Assembly (NCBI GenBank): GCA_965116875.1
Contig: OZ220733.1
Location: 4,736,001 to 4,800,000 of the forward strand
Source of the DNA: Candidatus Latescibacterota bacterium
GTDB taxonomy: Bacteria; Latescibacterota; UBA2968; GCA-2709665
Direction: 5' to 3'
Length of the DNA stretch: 64,000 nt
Made by a program: the position numbers and the translations under genes. The notes under the pieces are model-generated. The model was not told the DNA's origin, made no database searches, and worked only from the letters and a program-made list of their open reading frames with translations. Positions 35,314 through 44,988 of the stretch are shown in pieces. Within the stretch, counting starts at the first letter, position 1. Each line of letters begins with the position of its first letter.

Positions 35314-37179
35314 CTATTCAAATTCCCACGTACCGAAGTGTTCGAACTCGATGCCACGGTTGTATCGTGTCTCCGACCACGTGCTGAACTCGAGCACGCC
35401 GGTCTCGGGGCGCCGGTGGGTCCACCGGTGCAGGTTTCCCTTGAGACAGTCGCCCGGCTTCGGTGAGGCCATACCCAGCGTCAGCCAGGGAATGGCGAGT
35501 TCAACCGACCAGGAGTCAGCTTCCTTCCGCGTAGCCGTTCGATATTCCCCCGACCACGTGGAATCACGACCGTAGACCTCCTTTCCGGTGGTAATATCGC
35601 AGCCGTGTTCACTTCGCCTCGTCCCCGTTCGTGACTCCCAGCGAGCATTCGCGAGATCCAGTCGGAAATGAAAATAGGCTGTCATCCCCTCGTCGGCAGC
35701 GACGGCCACCTCCACCTGATCGGCCCGACCGCCCAGATCGGTAAACATTGCGGGGTGGGTGTTTTCCATCTTGGGTTCATTGCAGCGGAAAGCAACGTAA
35801 AGCGCCGTGTCATCGTACGTCATGAGCGCCTCGGTAACCGTCTCCAGTTCTTTCACACGTGCCGCGACGTAGTTGACAAATGGGCCCAAACGCACCGCCT
35901 CATTCCAGGCTTCGTCAGTCAGATCCCCATCAACGTCAGGAGTAGCGGCGCGCAGACGGGGAACCTGCAACGTCTTCGGTTGAATCGGCCGTTCCTCGGC
36001 CCGTGCCTTCCCCAGTTGGCCCTTCCGGGCAATTTCGTCCACGTCGAAACCCAAAGGCCTTCCCTGCGCGACTTTCTCTTTTGCAGACCGGAGGGCGCCT
36101 TCGAGATAGCCGGGCAGGTTCCGTCCGTTCCACCAGTCCATGTGCTCGCTGTAGAACCACACGTACCGGTCACTGCTCTTGAGCGCCCAGTAAGCATTGT
36201 GTTCCACCCAGAGCGCACGTTCCCCGGGCGTGACGTAGGTCGCTTCGGTATGGTTGGCCATCGTGCCGCAAAGGTAGTCCGCGTAGACGGCATGCCCTGC
36301 ACGAACCTGCCGGCGGTACTTGCCGCGAAGCTCCGGGGGAATCAATGCCTGACCCGTCTGGTGGATGCTGTGGTAGTTCCGGAAATAATGCAGATCACGG
36401 TTGTTGTAATAGGAGTGCTCGTCCCCGTCCACTATAATGGTCGCCGGGCCGGCGGCTTCGAGCATGCCCGTCATAAACGCGGGCAGGAGGCCATAGTAGT
36501 CGGATTTGAGAATGGCTTCCCGCCTGGATGGGTCGGTCTCCCGCGCGGCCTTCTGAAAACGTGGCATCGAAGTCCAAAAAAGGGTGAGAATCACCGGAGC
36601 GGGAAATTCCCCCTGGATCCGGTCCATATACTGCGCGCCCCGTTTCCGTACGATCCGCTCGTAATCGGCAAAGCTCTTCTCCTCCACGTGCTTCTGCCAC
36701 TCATATTTCCACGCGCAATACGGCCTCCCCCAGTACACGAACTCCGGATCGAAAGCAAGGCCCACGCAGCCTCCCACCCGCGCGGCCTTCGCGCACCAGC
36801 CGATATTTCGCAGAAACGGGCTGTTCTCACCCCAGAGCGAATCGTCGAACCAGTCCACGTTGTCGTCGCAGTGGAAGTAGATGAAATTGTCGGTGAACTT
36901 CCGCCACGCGATCCTTCCCATTGCTTCGATCTCCGATTCGGCGGCCGCTTCTTCCAGGTCCACCATGTAAAATGTATGGCCGAAGGTCGGACGGATAAAG
37001 ATTCCGTCGAAAGGACGTTCTTCCATCTCGCGGATATGCTCTGCCACATAGCTCGGCGGCCTCAGGTCCCACCCCATCTTGACCAGTTTTTTTGTAACCG
37101 TGCCGCAGTATACTCTTGGGGTCAACGTCACTAACAGCAGGAATATCAGTGAGCATACGATAACCGTCCACTGTGTCAT
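35314..37179 (-). CDS. Secreted protein with putative catalytic N-domain and C-terminal CBM9/DOMON-like sugar-binding domain
   Basis: Signal peptide; C-domain VDGDLTDEAW...YDDTALYVAFRCNEP...WSVELAIPW; N-domain with PFDG and AFDPE. Confidence 0.72.
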   Translation of the reverse strand: MTQWTVIVCSLIFLLLVTLTPRVYCGTVTKKLVKMGWDLRPPSYVAEHIREMEERPFDGIFIRPTFGHTFYMVDLEEAAAESEIEAMGRIAWRKFTDNFIYFHCDDNVDWFDDSLWGENSPFLRNIGWCAKAARVGGCVGLAFDPEFVYWGRPYCAWKYEWQKHVEEKSFADYERIVRKRGAQYMDRIQGEFPAPVILTLFWTSMPRFQKAARETDPSRREAILKSDYYGLLPAFMTGMLEAAGPATIIVDGDEHSYYNNRDLHYFRNYHSIHQTGQALIPPELRGKYRRQVRAGHAVYADYLCGTMANHTEATYVTPGERALWVEHNAYWALKSSDRYVWFYSEHMDWWNGRNLPGYLEGALRSAKEKVAQGRPLGFDVDEIARKGQLGKARAEERPIQPKTLQVPRLRAATPDVDGDLTDEAWNEAVRLGPFVNYVAARVKELETVTEALMTYDDTALYVAFRCNEPKMENTHPAMFTDLGGRADQVEVAVAADEGMTAYFHFRLDLANARWESRTGTRRSEHGCDITTGKEVYGRDSTWSGEYRTATRKEADSWSVELAIPWLTLGMASPKPGDCLKGNLHRWTHRRPETGVLEFSTWSETRYNRGIEFEHFGTWEFE

Positions 37180-37323
37180 TTCGCAACCCCTTGTCTGAGC
37201 TTCCCTGCGTGCGTTGGAAAACTCCTATGTATAGGGAACTTCCGGGAAAGACGGACCTCGAAACCGAAATCAGTAAGCGACGACGCGCTGTTTTTTCAAT
37301 ATATGCGCAGATATTCATGAAAC

Positions 37324-37356
37324 AAGGGTTTACGCCAGATCGGCATAAACCCTTTT
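37324..37356 (-). terminator. Terminator hairpin after tRNA-Pro(CGG)
   Basis: Minus strand AAGGGTTTATGCC-GATCT-GGCGTAAACCCTT just 3' of the CCA end. Confidence 0.65.
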
Positions 37357-37361
37357 ACCAA

Positions 37362-37438
37362 TGGTCGGGGCGCCCGGATTCGAACCGGGGGCCTCCTGCT
37401 CCCGAAGCAGGCGCTCTACCGGACTGAGCCACGCCCCG
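37362..37438 (-). tRNA. tRNA-Pro (anticodon CGG)
   Basis: CGGGGCG acceptor stem, CCTGC-TTCGGGA-GCAGG anticodon arm, GGTTCGAATCC, encoded CCA. Confidence 0.97.
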
Positions 37439-37559
37439 AAGTCGACATCTAAAATACAAGAAACTGTTTGGGTGGCAAGGAAATTCTCTAAATCGGCGAG
37501 CGTGACGGGTTCGATCCAAAGCCGCCGACCCCGCCGGAGGCTAAGGCTTCGACTGCGAC

Positions 37560-38498
37560 TCAACGTCGGCTTTTCGAAAGCCTTTCCAGTACTACCACCA
37601 TCGCGAAACCCGCCAACGCCAGTCCCGTGGCAGCGGCCAGGTCCCCGTCAATTGTCAGGGGCAGGACGTTAATCTGCATTGGACGCGCCCCGGCGCCGCA
37701 CAATCCGGCAGGCGACGACGCCTCCGCTTTCCAGGGCCAGACCTTCCGCAAGGAACCTGCCATCAGCCCGGTCAGCGCCGCAACGGTAACATCGTGGTGC
37801 CGCTTGAAAATCCATGCCAGTACACGCGCAACACTGAGGATCCCCACGGCGGCGCCCAACGCGAAAACAACAATGGTGAATAGGTCCCCGTCGTTCAATG
37901 CAGCCAGGAAATACTCGTATTTGCCCAACAGCACCAGAATGAACGAACCGGAAATTCCCGGCAGAATCATCGCCGATATGGCAACAACGCCACAGATGAA
38001 CACGAACCAGGGGGAATCCGGCGTCTTTACCGGTACGAGGCCGACCACAACATAGAACACCAATCCGGTGGCGACTGCGGCGATCCAGGTGGGACCGCGC
38101 CAGACGACCACCCGCTTTCGCACCACGAAGACGGACGCCGCAACCAGTCCGAAGAAAAACGCCCAGATCAATTCCGGTTGATGCCGGAGCATCCACTGGA
38201 TTCCGCGCGCCAGGGTCAACACAGCCAGAAGAATCCCGGTGAGAACGGTTCCCAGAAACCGCCACGGAACCCTGTTCAGGGCATCTTTGAATCTGAGGAC
38301 CAGCAGCAATCCGGCGAAGCGGCGATCAAAGGCCCGGATGGAATAAATCAACTCCTCGTAGATGCCCGTAACGAACGCGATCGTGCCGCCGGATACCCCG
38401 GGAACCACGTCCGCCGCGCCCATACAGAACCCGCGCAGGCCAAGGCCCACATAGGCCTTCCAGCCCGCCCGTGCGAATGCCGGTCCTGAACCTCCCAC
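37560..38498 (-). CDS. DUF368 family membrane protein (undecaprenyl-phosphate translocase type)
   Basis: MGAADVVPGVSGGTIA and AMILPGISGS repeats, GSL..VWPW. Confidence 0.9.
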   Translation of the reverse strand: MGGSGPAFARAGWKAYVGLGLRGFCMGAADVVPGVSGGTIAFVTGIYEELIYSIRAFDRRFAGLLLVLRFKDALNRVPWRFLGTVLTGILLAVLTLARGIQWMLRHQPELIWAFFFGLVAASVFVVRKRVVVWRGPTWIAAVATGLVFYVVVGLVPVKTPDSPWFVFICGVVAISAMILPGISGSFILVLLGKYEYFLAALNDGDLFTIVVFALGAAVGILSVARVLAWIFKRHHDVTVAALTGLMAGSLRKVWPWKAEASSPAGLCGAGARPMQINVLPLTIDGDLAAATGLALAGFAMVVVLERLSKSRR

Positions 38499-38655
38499 GC
38501 TCTCCCGACCTCCAGGTAGTTACCGCGGTGAATTCCGGATACGCACCCGATTCCAGGGCGAAGCGACGTTCAGTACCGACAATCTCCGGCACGATGTCAC
38601 TCATCGCCACCCGAAAAACAGGGACTCACGATCCACTCGCAAGTCCCTGTCTGAA

Positions 38656-38732
38656 TGGTCGGAGCGACTGGATTTGAACCAGCGACCCCTATCACCCCAA
38701 GATAGTGCGCTACCGGGCTGCGCCACGCTCCG
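38656..38732 (-). tRNA. tRNA-Pro (anticodon GGG)
   Basis: CGGAGCG acceptor stem, CTATC-TTGGGGT-GATAG anticodon arm, GGTTCAAATCC, encoded CCA. Confidence 0.97.
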
Positions 38733-38879
38733 ATCCTTTTTGCTTCCGCGCCCGGAAGAAACTAAACGGTATCGACGTCGCCGTCAAGGGAAATGTTTTC
38801 CACGGAGATCCGTTCTTCAATAGCCGACGTCGCACCGGTAACCTGACTGCCCTGAAACGAGACACCGTTCCGGCGGGTT

Positions 38880-40160
38880 CTATTCGGTCTTGTAGTATAG
38901 AGAGTTGTAGTATCGTTCGGCGATGACCTTGCACAGGATATTCACGACGGCAGCTACGGGGATCGCAACGAGCATTCCGATGAACCCCCAGAAATGGGCG
39001 CCGACGACCAGCGCGAACATGACCCAGACCGGATGCAGACCGACGCGCTGACCCACGACGCGGGGAGACAGAAAATTGCCCTCGATACTCTGAACGACAG
39101 CGAATACGCCAATGACCTTCAGCAGGCTGCCTGCAGGGTCCGTATCCAATAGTGCGACCAGGCACGCCACGCTTAGTGCGACCGCTATACCAACGTATGG
39201 TATCAGGTTGAAGAGCCCGGCCATGAGTCCCAGCAGAACGGCGTACCGGATACCGAACAGCATCAGGCCGGTGGCGGTGAGTACTGCAACAAAACTGCAG
39301 ACCAGCATCTGCCCGCGGAGATATTGCCCCAGAATCTCGTCCACCCTCGACAGGAATTCCCCGATGGACTCCGCGTGCCGACGTGGAAGGATCCGTGAAA
39401 CGGTTCTGACAATGCGGTCGTAATCTTTGATCATGTAGAAAGTCACGAAGGGGATCATCAGGAAATTCAGGAGCGTTGCAAGCCCGGAACTCAACCCCCT
39501 GAGTGCAGCGGTCGTCTGTTCTGCGAAGAGTTCGCCCAGCTTCGGCAGACGCTCCAGAAGTACCTGTTGAATCTGGCCCCTGGGCAGGTTTACGCCGATC
39601 GACTGTAACCAATTGAATATCTGATCGTAGAACTGCTTCAGCATGGCGGCGTAGACGGGGACACGCCGGCCGAAATCGAGAATCTCCTGCGTCACCAGAG
39701 GAATGACCACGATGCCGATCCCGGACAATGCCCCCAGAATGACGACCACGATCAGGGCGATGGCGATCGTGCGCGACATCCAGCGTTCCATCAGACCCAC
39801 AAGGGGAGACACCAGATAAGCCAACACGAACGAAGTACCGAACGGCCAGAGCAATCCGGCCATATCTCCCATCAGCCAGGCGCCAAACAGCAGAACCACC
39901 AATACCGCCACGCCGGTTTCGAACCTGATCCCCTTCTGGACCATAACCAGAATCGCCAGAAGCGTGAGGCCGATCAGAAACGGGGAGAGGTCCTGATGGA
40001 GTACATAGAGGAATCCCACAAGAAACAGCAGAATCGCCATGCGAAAAAACAGACCGTCGCCGGACCACGTCGCGGAGTCCGGACCGGATGGTCGACGGCC
40101 CGCTCTCCGAACCGGACTATCCTCGCTGCGCACCTGTTTTGGTTGTGATTCCGTTCCCAT
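38880..40160 (-). CDS. AI-2E (PerM) family transporter
   Basis: LAYLVSP, YLRGQ, IPYVG, EGNFLSP...GLHP...G.IGMLVAIP. Start ATG 40160 or TTG 40178. Confidence 0.9.
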   Translation of the reverse strand: MGTESQPKQVRSEDSPVRRAGRRPSGPDSATWSGDGLFFRMAILLFLVGFLYVLHQDLSPFLIGLTLLAILVMVQKGIRFETGVAVLVVLLFGAWLMGDMAGLLWPFGTSFVLAYLVSPLVGLMERWMSRTIAIALIVVVILGALSGIGIVVIPLVTQEILDFGRRVPVYAAMLKQFYDQIFNWLQSIGVNLPRGQIQQVLLERLPKLGELFAEQTTAALRGLSSGLATLLNFLMIPFVTFYMIKDYDRIVRTVSRILPRRHAESIGEFLSRVDEILGQYLRGQMLVCSFVAVLTATGLMLFGIRYAVLLGLMAGLFNLIPYVGIAVALSVACLVALLDTDPAGSLLKVIGVFAVVQSIEGNFLSPRVVGQRVGLHPVWVMFALVVGAHFWGFIGMLVAIPVAAVVNILCKVIAERYYNSLYYKTE

Positions 40161-40178
40161 GCAGAAATCCGTTCTCAA

Positions 40179-41030
40179 TCACCGTTCCGCTTTCGACTGC
40201 GCCTCGTTATCCGGGAGAACCAGAAACGTCTCCGACTGGATGTCTACATTGAATATGCGCAGGTATCGGCTGTGCCGAAGTCCGCCCACCTCTCCGATCA
40301 ACTCGAGGACACCGTCGCCGTCGATATCCAGAAATCCCAGGCGGTCTCCGAATCCGCCGGCAAAATACCACTCCACGATCAGAGTTTCCAGATCGACGAC
40401 CACACCCGTATTCAATGCGATCTCCAGGCCGTAATCGTCGTCGAAATCCGCAATTACCATACTCTGGGCGTGAATCGATTCTTTCGGTATCACGTCGCTG
40501 ATACCCTGTTCGAACAGCTCCAGACAGTCGTACACATGGATGTGCATCTCGCTGTGACCCAGGCCCTTGACCAGATAGACGAGTTCCAGTTGAGGATCAT
40601 CGTCCACATTTTCGATTGCCATGTGGGTGATATCCTCCTCGATCTGCCAGATGAAACTGTAGTCTTCCGCGCTGTATAGCACAATACGCGTAAACGTGTA
40701 GGCGACAATCTCGAATTTTCCGTCCGCATCGACGTCATCCACGAAGACGCCGAGGACGGCGGATCCCAACGGTTCACTCTTCCACTCCTCATATCCGCGG
40801 CCATCGACGTATCTGACAACGTGCAGATTTCCCTCCGCGTCTCCGTAGACAACCCGCGGGTTTTCCTCGTCGTCCGACGGGAGGATACGAATCTGAGGCA
40901 ATTCATCGATACTTCCACCCCAACGGATGTGCCGGCTGTCGCGCAGAAGATACCAGTCCGCATTTCCGGCCTGGGCCTGCATCTGTGCCGCAATCGAGAA
41001 CAGCACGATTATCCAGACGTTGCGTTTCAT
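40179..41030 (-). CDS. Secreted FG-GAP/VCBS-like Ca-binding repeat protein
   Basis: Signal peptide; repeats DVDADGKFEI, NVDDDPQLEL, DFDDDYGLEI, DIDGDGVLEL; paralog of 41033-42187. Confidence 0.78.
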   Translation of the reverse strand: MKRNVWIIVLFSIAAQMQAQAGNADWYLLRDSRHIRWGGSIDELPQIRILPSDDEENPRVVYGDAEGNLHVVRYVDGRGYEEWKSEPLGSAVLGVFVDDVDADGKFEIVAYTFTRIVLYSAEDYSFIWQIEEDITHMAIENVDDDPQLELVYLVKGLGHSEMHIHVYDCLELFEQGISDVIPKESIHAQSMVIADFDDDYGLEIALNTGVVVDLETLIVEWYFAGGFGDRLGFLDIDGDGVLELIGEVGGLRHSRYLRIFNVDIQSETFLVLPDNEAQSKAER

Positions 41031-41032
41031 GC

Positions 41033-42187
41033 CTATCGGTCCTTGAGTTCGGTCAGAATCGAATAAATCTCGGTGTTCGCCCGAATGGCTTCTTCACCGT
41101 CTGGAACGGTTCGCTGGTGACACGCCAGACACACCTCCCTGAGTTCAAGTTTATGGCAACTCGTACACTCGCTTACATTGCCGTATGGCGCAAAGTAAGG
41201 CGCCTCACGCAGATGATAGGCCTCCGCGTCGATACGTCTACCCGGGTTTTGATGCCCGACTGTGCTCGTAATACCCTCTCTTTCGTGGCAGTCCTGGCAA
41301 AACGCCCTGAGTTTGTGGCAGGAGGCGCAGTCCGTAATCCGTCCCGCCCCCTCGGTCCCGTGGTTTCCACGAAAATCCGATGTGATTGAAATCACCTTGA
41401 TATGTCGTTCGGGCCGCAGGCTGCCGTATTCTCCAATCAGATCCGGCGTGCCATCGTAATTCACGTCCATATAACCCATCCGGTCGCATCCACCGAAGTG
41501 CCACTCGAAATCGAGGGATCTTGCATCGATGACCACGCCGGTATTGATGGCGATTTCAAGTTCCGCGTCTTCGTCCAGGTTCGCGACGACGATGCTCTCC
41601 CCGATCAGCGTCTGTTCGCCCCTCCTCTCCTCCGCCAGATGCCTGCCGTCGTAGACGAACAGTCTCGAGTCCCGTTCACCCGATGCGTCCTGTGCTTCGC
41701 CAAGGAAGATCAGTTCCAGCTGTGGGTCGCCATCCAGATTCTCGATCGCCATCGTCGAGATCGTCTCATATTCGTCGTCTTTGCTGCGCCATATCAACTC
41801 GTACGTATCCGCATTGTAGATCACGATGTCGCCCCAATGCGAATATGCGATGATCTCCAGGACGTCGTCCGCATTGACATCCGCCACGAAAACCTGGGCA
41901 ACGGACGATTTCAGGGATTGGCTGACCCACACCTCCCGCGAACGCCCGTTGCCGAGCTCAAGCACGTGCAAGAGCCCCTGCCGGTCTCCGTAGACCAGAC
42001 GTTTTACCGAGTCGGCTGCAGCGGGAATGGTCCTGATGGTGCGCATTTCGCCCAGAGCGCCGCCGAAGGGCGCATCTTTGCGTCTGGCCCACCGGAACCA
42101 TTCCAGGTCGCCCGCGTGCGCCAGGGTCAGCCCGGTGAACAGGCACGCCAGCACCCGGAAAACGTTTCGAGCAAACACCTCGCGCAC
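41033..42187 (-). CDS. Secreted FG-GAP/VCBS-like repeat protein fused to a tetraheme c-type cytochrome domain
   Basis: Signal peptide (..LAHA); four DxDxD-type repeats; C-terminal CASCH, CQDCH, CTSCH, CLACH. Confidence 0.8.
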   Translation of the reverse strand: MREVFARNVFRVLACLFTGLTLAHAGDLEWFRWARRKDAPFGGALGEMRTIRTIPAAADSVKRLVYGDRQGLLHVLELGNGRSREVWVSQSLKSSVAQVFVADVNADDVLEIIAYSHWGDIVIYNADTYELIWRSKDDEYETISTMAIENLDGDPQLELIFLGEAQDASGERDSRLFVYDGRHLAEERRGEQTLIGESIVVANLDEDAELEIAINTGVVIDARSLDFEWHFGGCDRMGYMDVNYDGTPDLIGEYGSLRPERHIKVISITSDFRGNHGTEGAGRITDCASCHKLRAFCQDCHEREGITSTVGHQNPGRRIDAEAYHLREAPYFAPYGNVSECTSCHKLELREVCLACHQRTVPDGEEAIRANTEIYSILTELKDR

Positions 42188-42200
42188 GCCTTACCTCCGC

Positions 42201-43106
42201 TCAGAACAGGCTTACGTCAACATTGAGATAGCGTTTCGGGTCTTCCTTGATGTCTTCTATAAGACTGTCGACGGTGGCAAGCGTACGCCGCATATCCATA
42301 TACAGCGTTTCGTCGTGGACGAGACGGCCCAGAGTACCTTCGCCGCGGCGCAGTTTCCCACTGACCTCATTCAGGTCGGACAGCGACCCCTCGAAGGTCT
42401 CCAGCGCCGTCTGGATATTTCGCGCCATCGCATCCAGGCTTTCGGTAGTACGCCGCATGTTCCCGACGACGCGGCGCACGTCGGGCCGACTCTCGCCAAG
42501 AAGGTCCCGCGCGTCGCGGGCAGCCAGGGCCGCGGTGTCCAGCAGAGCCTTAAGGGTCTCGCGGTTCTCCGACACAGCCTGCTTCAAAAGCGCCGCGGTG
42601 CTGTCCATATTCGCGAGCAGGGCTCCGACATGGTCCAGATTCCTGTCGGCAAGAACCGACTCCAGACGCTGCGCCAGCACTCCGGCATGTTCCGCCACCT
42701 CTTCAATACCGCCTTCCGAAGACCCGCGAAGTGTATCGTGATCGGCATACACCCGGCCGGATTCCGTTCCCACCTGCACGTCGATCATCTTGCCACCCAG
42801 CAACCCCTCTGCCTGCAACAGTACTTTCGAGTCTCGGGGCAGGTTTCGAAATTCAGCAAAGCCGATACTGACGAGCGGCAATCCGTGCACAAGACCGATT
42901 TCGAGGACCTTGCCGGCCCATACCCCCCGGATGAATACCGGATCGCCAGGCTGCAACCCGGGTACGCTTTCGAAAAAGACGTGCAACTGATAACCGCCGG
43001 CCGCGCCCGCGTAGTTCTCCGACAGCCACGTCGCACCCAGTACGGCCATCGCGATCGCCAGGAATATGACCGCTCCCAGAAACAACTGCTTTTCTCGACT
43101 GATCAT
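42201..43106 (-). CDS. mlaD: MlaD/MCE family protein with long helical extension
   Basis: N-terminal TM, GLQPGDPVFIRGV..GKV, GLLG, C-terminal GEGTLGRLVHD..LY and DIKEDPKRY. Confidence 0.88.
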   Translation of the reverse strand: MISREKQLFLGAVIFLAIAMAVLGATWLSENYAGAAGGYQLHVFFESVPGLQPGDPVFIRGVWAGKVLEIGLVHGLPLVSIGFAEFRNLPRDSKVLLQAEGLLGGKMIDVQVGTESGRVYADHDTLRGSSEGGIEEVAEHAGVLAQRLESVLADRNLDHVGALLANMDSTAALLKQAVSENRETLKALLDTAALAARDARDLLGESRPDVRRVVGNMRRTTESLDAMARNIQTALETFEGSLSDLNEVSGKLRRGEGTLGRLVHDETLYMDMRRTLATVDSLIEDIKEDPKRYLNVDVSLF

Positions 43107-43118
43107 CTGTCACCCGCT

Positions 43119-43874
43119 TCAGATTCTTCCCTGAACGAACATGTCGTAAACATCGTTTCCGCTCCTCTCAATCTCCTCCGGTTTCCCTTGAATGGCGGTT
43201 TTTCCGTTGTAGAGCAGCGCCAGCCTGTCTGAAATCCTGCGGGCAAGCGGAAGATCGTGGGTAACCACAACCGAGGTTACGTCCAGCTCACTCTGGAGTT
43301 TCAATATGTAATCGCCTACCACCGCGGCCGTTCCCGGATCCAGGCCGGTAGTCGGCTCGTCGTAAAGGATAAAGTCAGGCGACATTGCAATTGCTCTGGC
43401 CAGCGCGGCGCGCTTCCGCATTCCGCCGGACAGTTCGACCGGCATCGTCAGCTCCGTTCCCGAAAGCCGAACCGCGTCGAGGCATACGCTGACCCGCTCA
43501 TCGATCTCTCGTTCAGACATCGGCGTATGCATTCTCAGTCCAAATGCCACATTCTCCTTCACGTTCATCGAATCGAACAGAGCCGACGACTGAAACAGAA
43601 CGCCGATTCGCTTTCGCAGTGCCTTCAGGTCTTTCTTCCCGATGGAGTTCATATCGTGACCGACGACCGTGACCCGTCCCCGGTCAGCCTGTTCGATCCC
43701 GATCATATGTTTCAGCGTCACGCTCTTTCCGCATCCGCTGGGCCCAAGGATGGTGGTGACTTCGCCCCACCGGACTTCCAGATCCATCCCCTTGAGGACT
43801 TCCAGGCCGTCGAATCGCTTGTGTACCGATTCGAAACGGATGGCAACGCCGTTATTGGCCATCTCTGATCTCAT
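43119..43874 (-). CDS. mlaF: MlaF-type ABC ATPase
   Basis: GPSGCGKS, FQSSALFDSM, LSGGMRKR, YDEPTTGLDP. Confidence 0.9.
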   Translation of the reverse strand: MRSEMANNGVAIRFESVHKRFDGLEVLKGMDLEVRWGEVTTILGPSGCGKSVTLKHMIGIEQADRGRVTVVGHDMNSIGKKDLKALRKRIGVLFQSSALFDSMNVKENVAFGLRMHTPMSEREIDERVSVCLDAVRLSGTELTMPVELSGGMRKRAALARAIAMSPDFILYDEPTTGLDPGTAAVVGDYILKLQSELDVTSVVVTHDLPLARRISDRLALLYNGKTAIQGKPEEIERSGNDVYDMFVQGRI

Positions 43875-43930
43875 TCATCGAAAACGTATGACGGGAGAAC
43901 ACCAACCCGTACTGAAGAACACAACCGGCT

Positions 43931-44749
43931 TCAATATAGTAACGTCTTGGTCAGGAAGTAATCGAGAATCAGGATTGATGCAGCCGAAATCACCACCGCC
44001 ACCGTTGCCGCACGGCCCACACCCTGCGCCCCGCCCGTCGCCGACAGTCCGGCATACGAGCCGTAAAAGGTGATCATGCCGCCGTACACCACGGACTTGA
44101 TCAGGCATACCACAAGATCGTACGAACTCCAGTCGAGCTTCATGCCCTTCACGAAATCGGCAACCGTGATATCCATCAGATGGATGGACATCAAGTAACC
44201 CGCGGAGATCGACGTGCAGGCGGAGAATACGACCAGCACGGGGATCATCACGATGCCGGCGAGAACCCGCGGCATCAGAAGGTAGCCTACCGGATCCACC
44301 GCCAGTGAAACCAGCGCATCCACCTGCTCGGAAACCTTCATCGTGCCCACTTCGGACGCGATGCCCGCACCCACCTGGCCTGCCAGTACCAGCCCCATGA
44401 GAATCGGCGCCAGTTCAAGCAGCACCGAGCGAACAACGATGCTGCCGACCATGTAGTCGGGCACGTAGTCCTCCATCTGGTAGGCCATCATCGTGGAAAT
44501 GGCCATTCCGCTGAAAGCCGAAACAAGGATGACAAGAGACAGCGAATTCACGCCAACCGAGTAACATTGTTCGATGATCTGGCGTCTGTAGAAATAGACG
44601 TTCGGCAGTTCGCCAAGAAACCGCCGGAAATACCCGTACATCGAATAGGTAAGCAATAGAAACCGGGCGGTCTTCATGCCAACGAATTCCAGCAGACGTC
44701 TCACGGAACGATTCCTGAAATGGATTGGCCACCTTTCGCAGCCGTGCAC
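43931..44749 (-). CDS. mlaE: MlaE-type ABC permease
   Basis: ELAP, SEVGTMKVSEQVDAL, PRVLAG, GAQGVGRA. Start uncertain. Confidence 0.9.
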   Translation of the reverse strand: MHGCERWPIHFRNRSVRRLLEFVGMKTARFLLLTYSMYGYFRRFLGELPNVYFYRRQIIEQCYSVGVNSLSLVILVSAFSGMAISTMMAYQMEDYVPDYMVGSIVVRSVLLELAPILMGLVLAGQVGAGIASEVGTMKVSEQVDALVSLAVDPVGYLLMPRVLAGIVMIPVLVVFSACTSISAGYLMSIHLMDITVADFVKGMKLDWSSYDLVVCLIKSVVYGGMITFYGSYAGLSATGGAQGVGRAATVAVVISAASILILDYFLTKTLLY

Positions 44750-44988
44750 GCCGTCCCGCGGATCAGGCGGCGCAACGATGTTGTGCTGTCGTTTCCTGCG
44801 TGCCGCAGGCTGCGTACTGCATCCTCAATCTAACCATCAAATGCCGTTGAATCAATGACTTTATACGTTTCCTGCACTGCCGGATCCGTGGCCGAAAAGA
44901 CACGACTCCGCGGCTCGGGCAGATGCAACAAAAATGCGGGTCAGGGAGAGCCCCTGCCCGCACGGTCCGGCGTCGCTGCCGATCCGGA

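Noticed and set aside
38710-40068. 452-aa alternative-frame ORF over the AI-2E gene and tRNA-Pro
   Set aside because: It is an Arg/Gly-rich off-frame translation that overlaps a tRNA and a well-supported CDS.
44790-44885. Short direct repeat CGTTTCCTGC between the sigma factor and mlaE
   Set aside because: Only two 10-bp copies with no further structure; compatible with chance.
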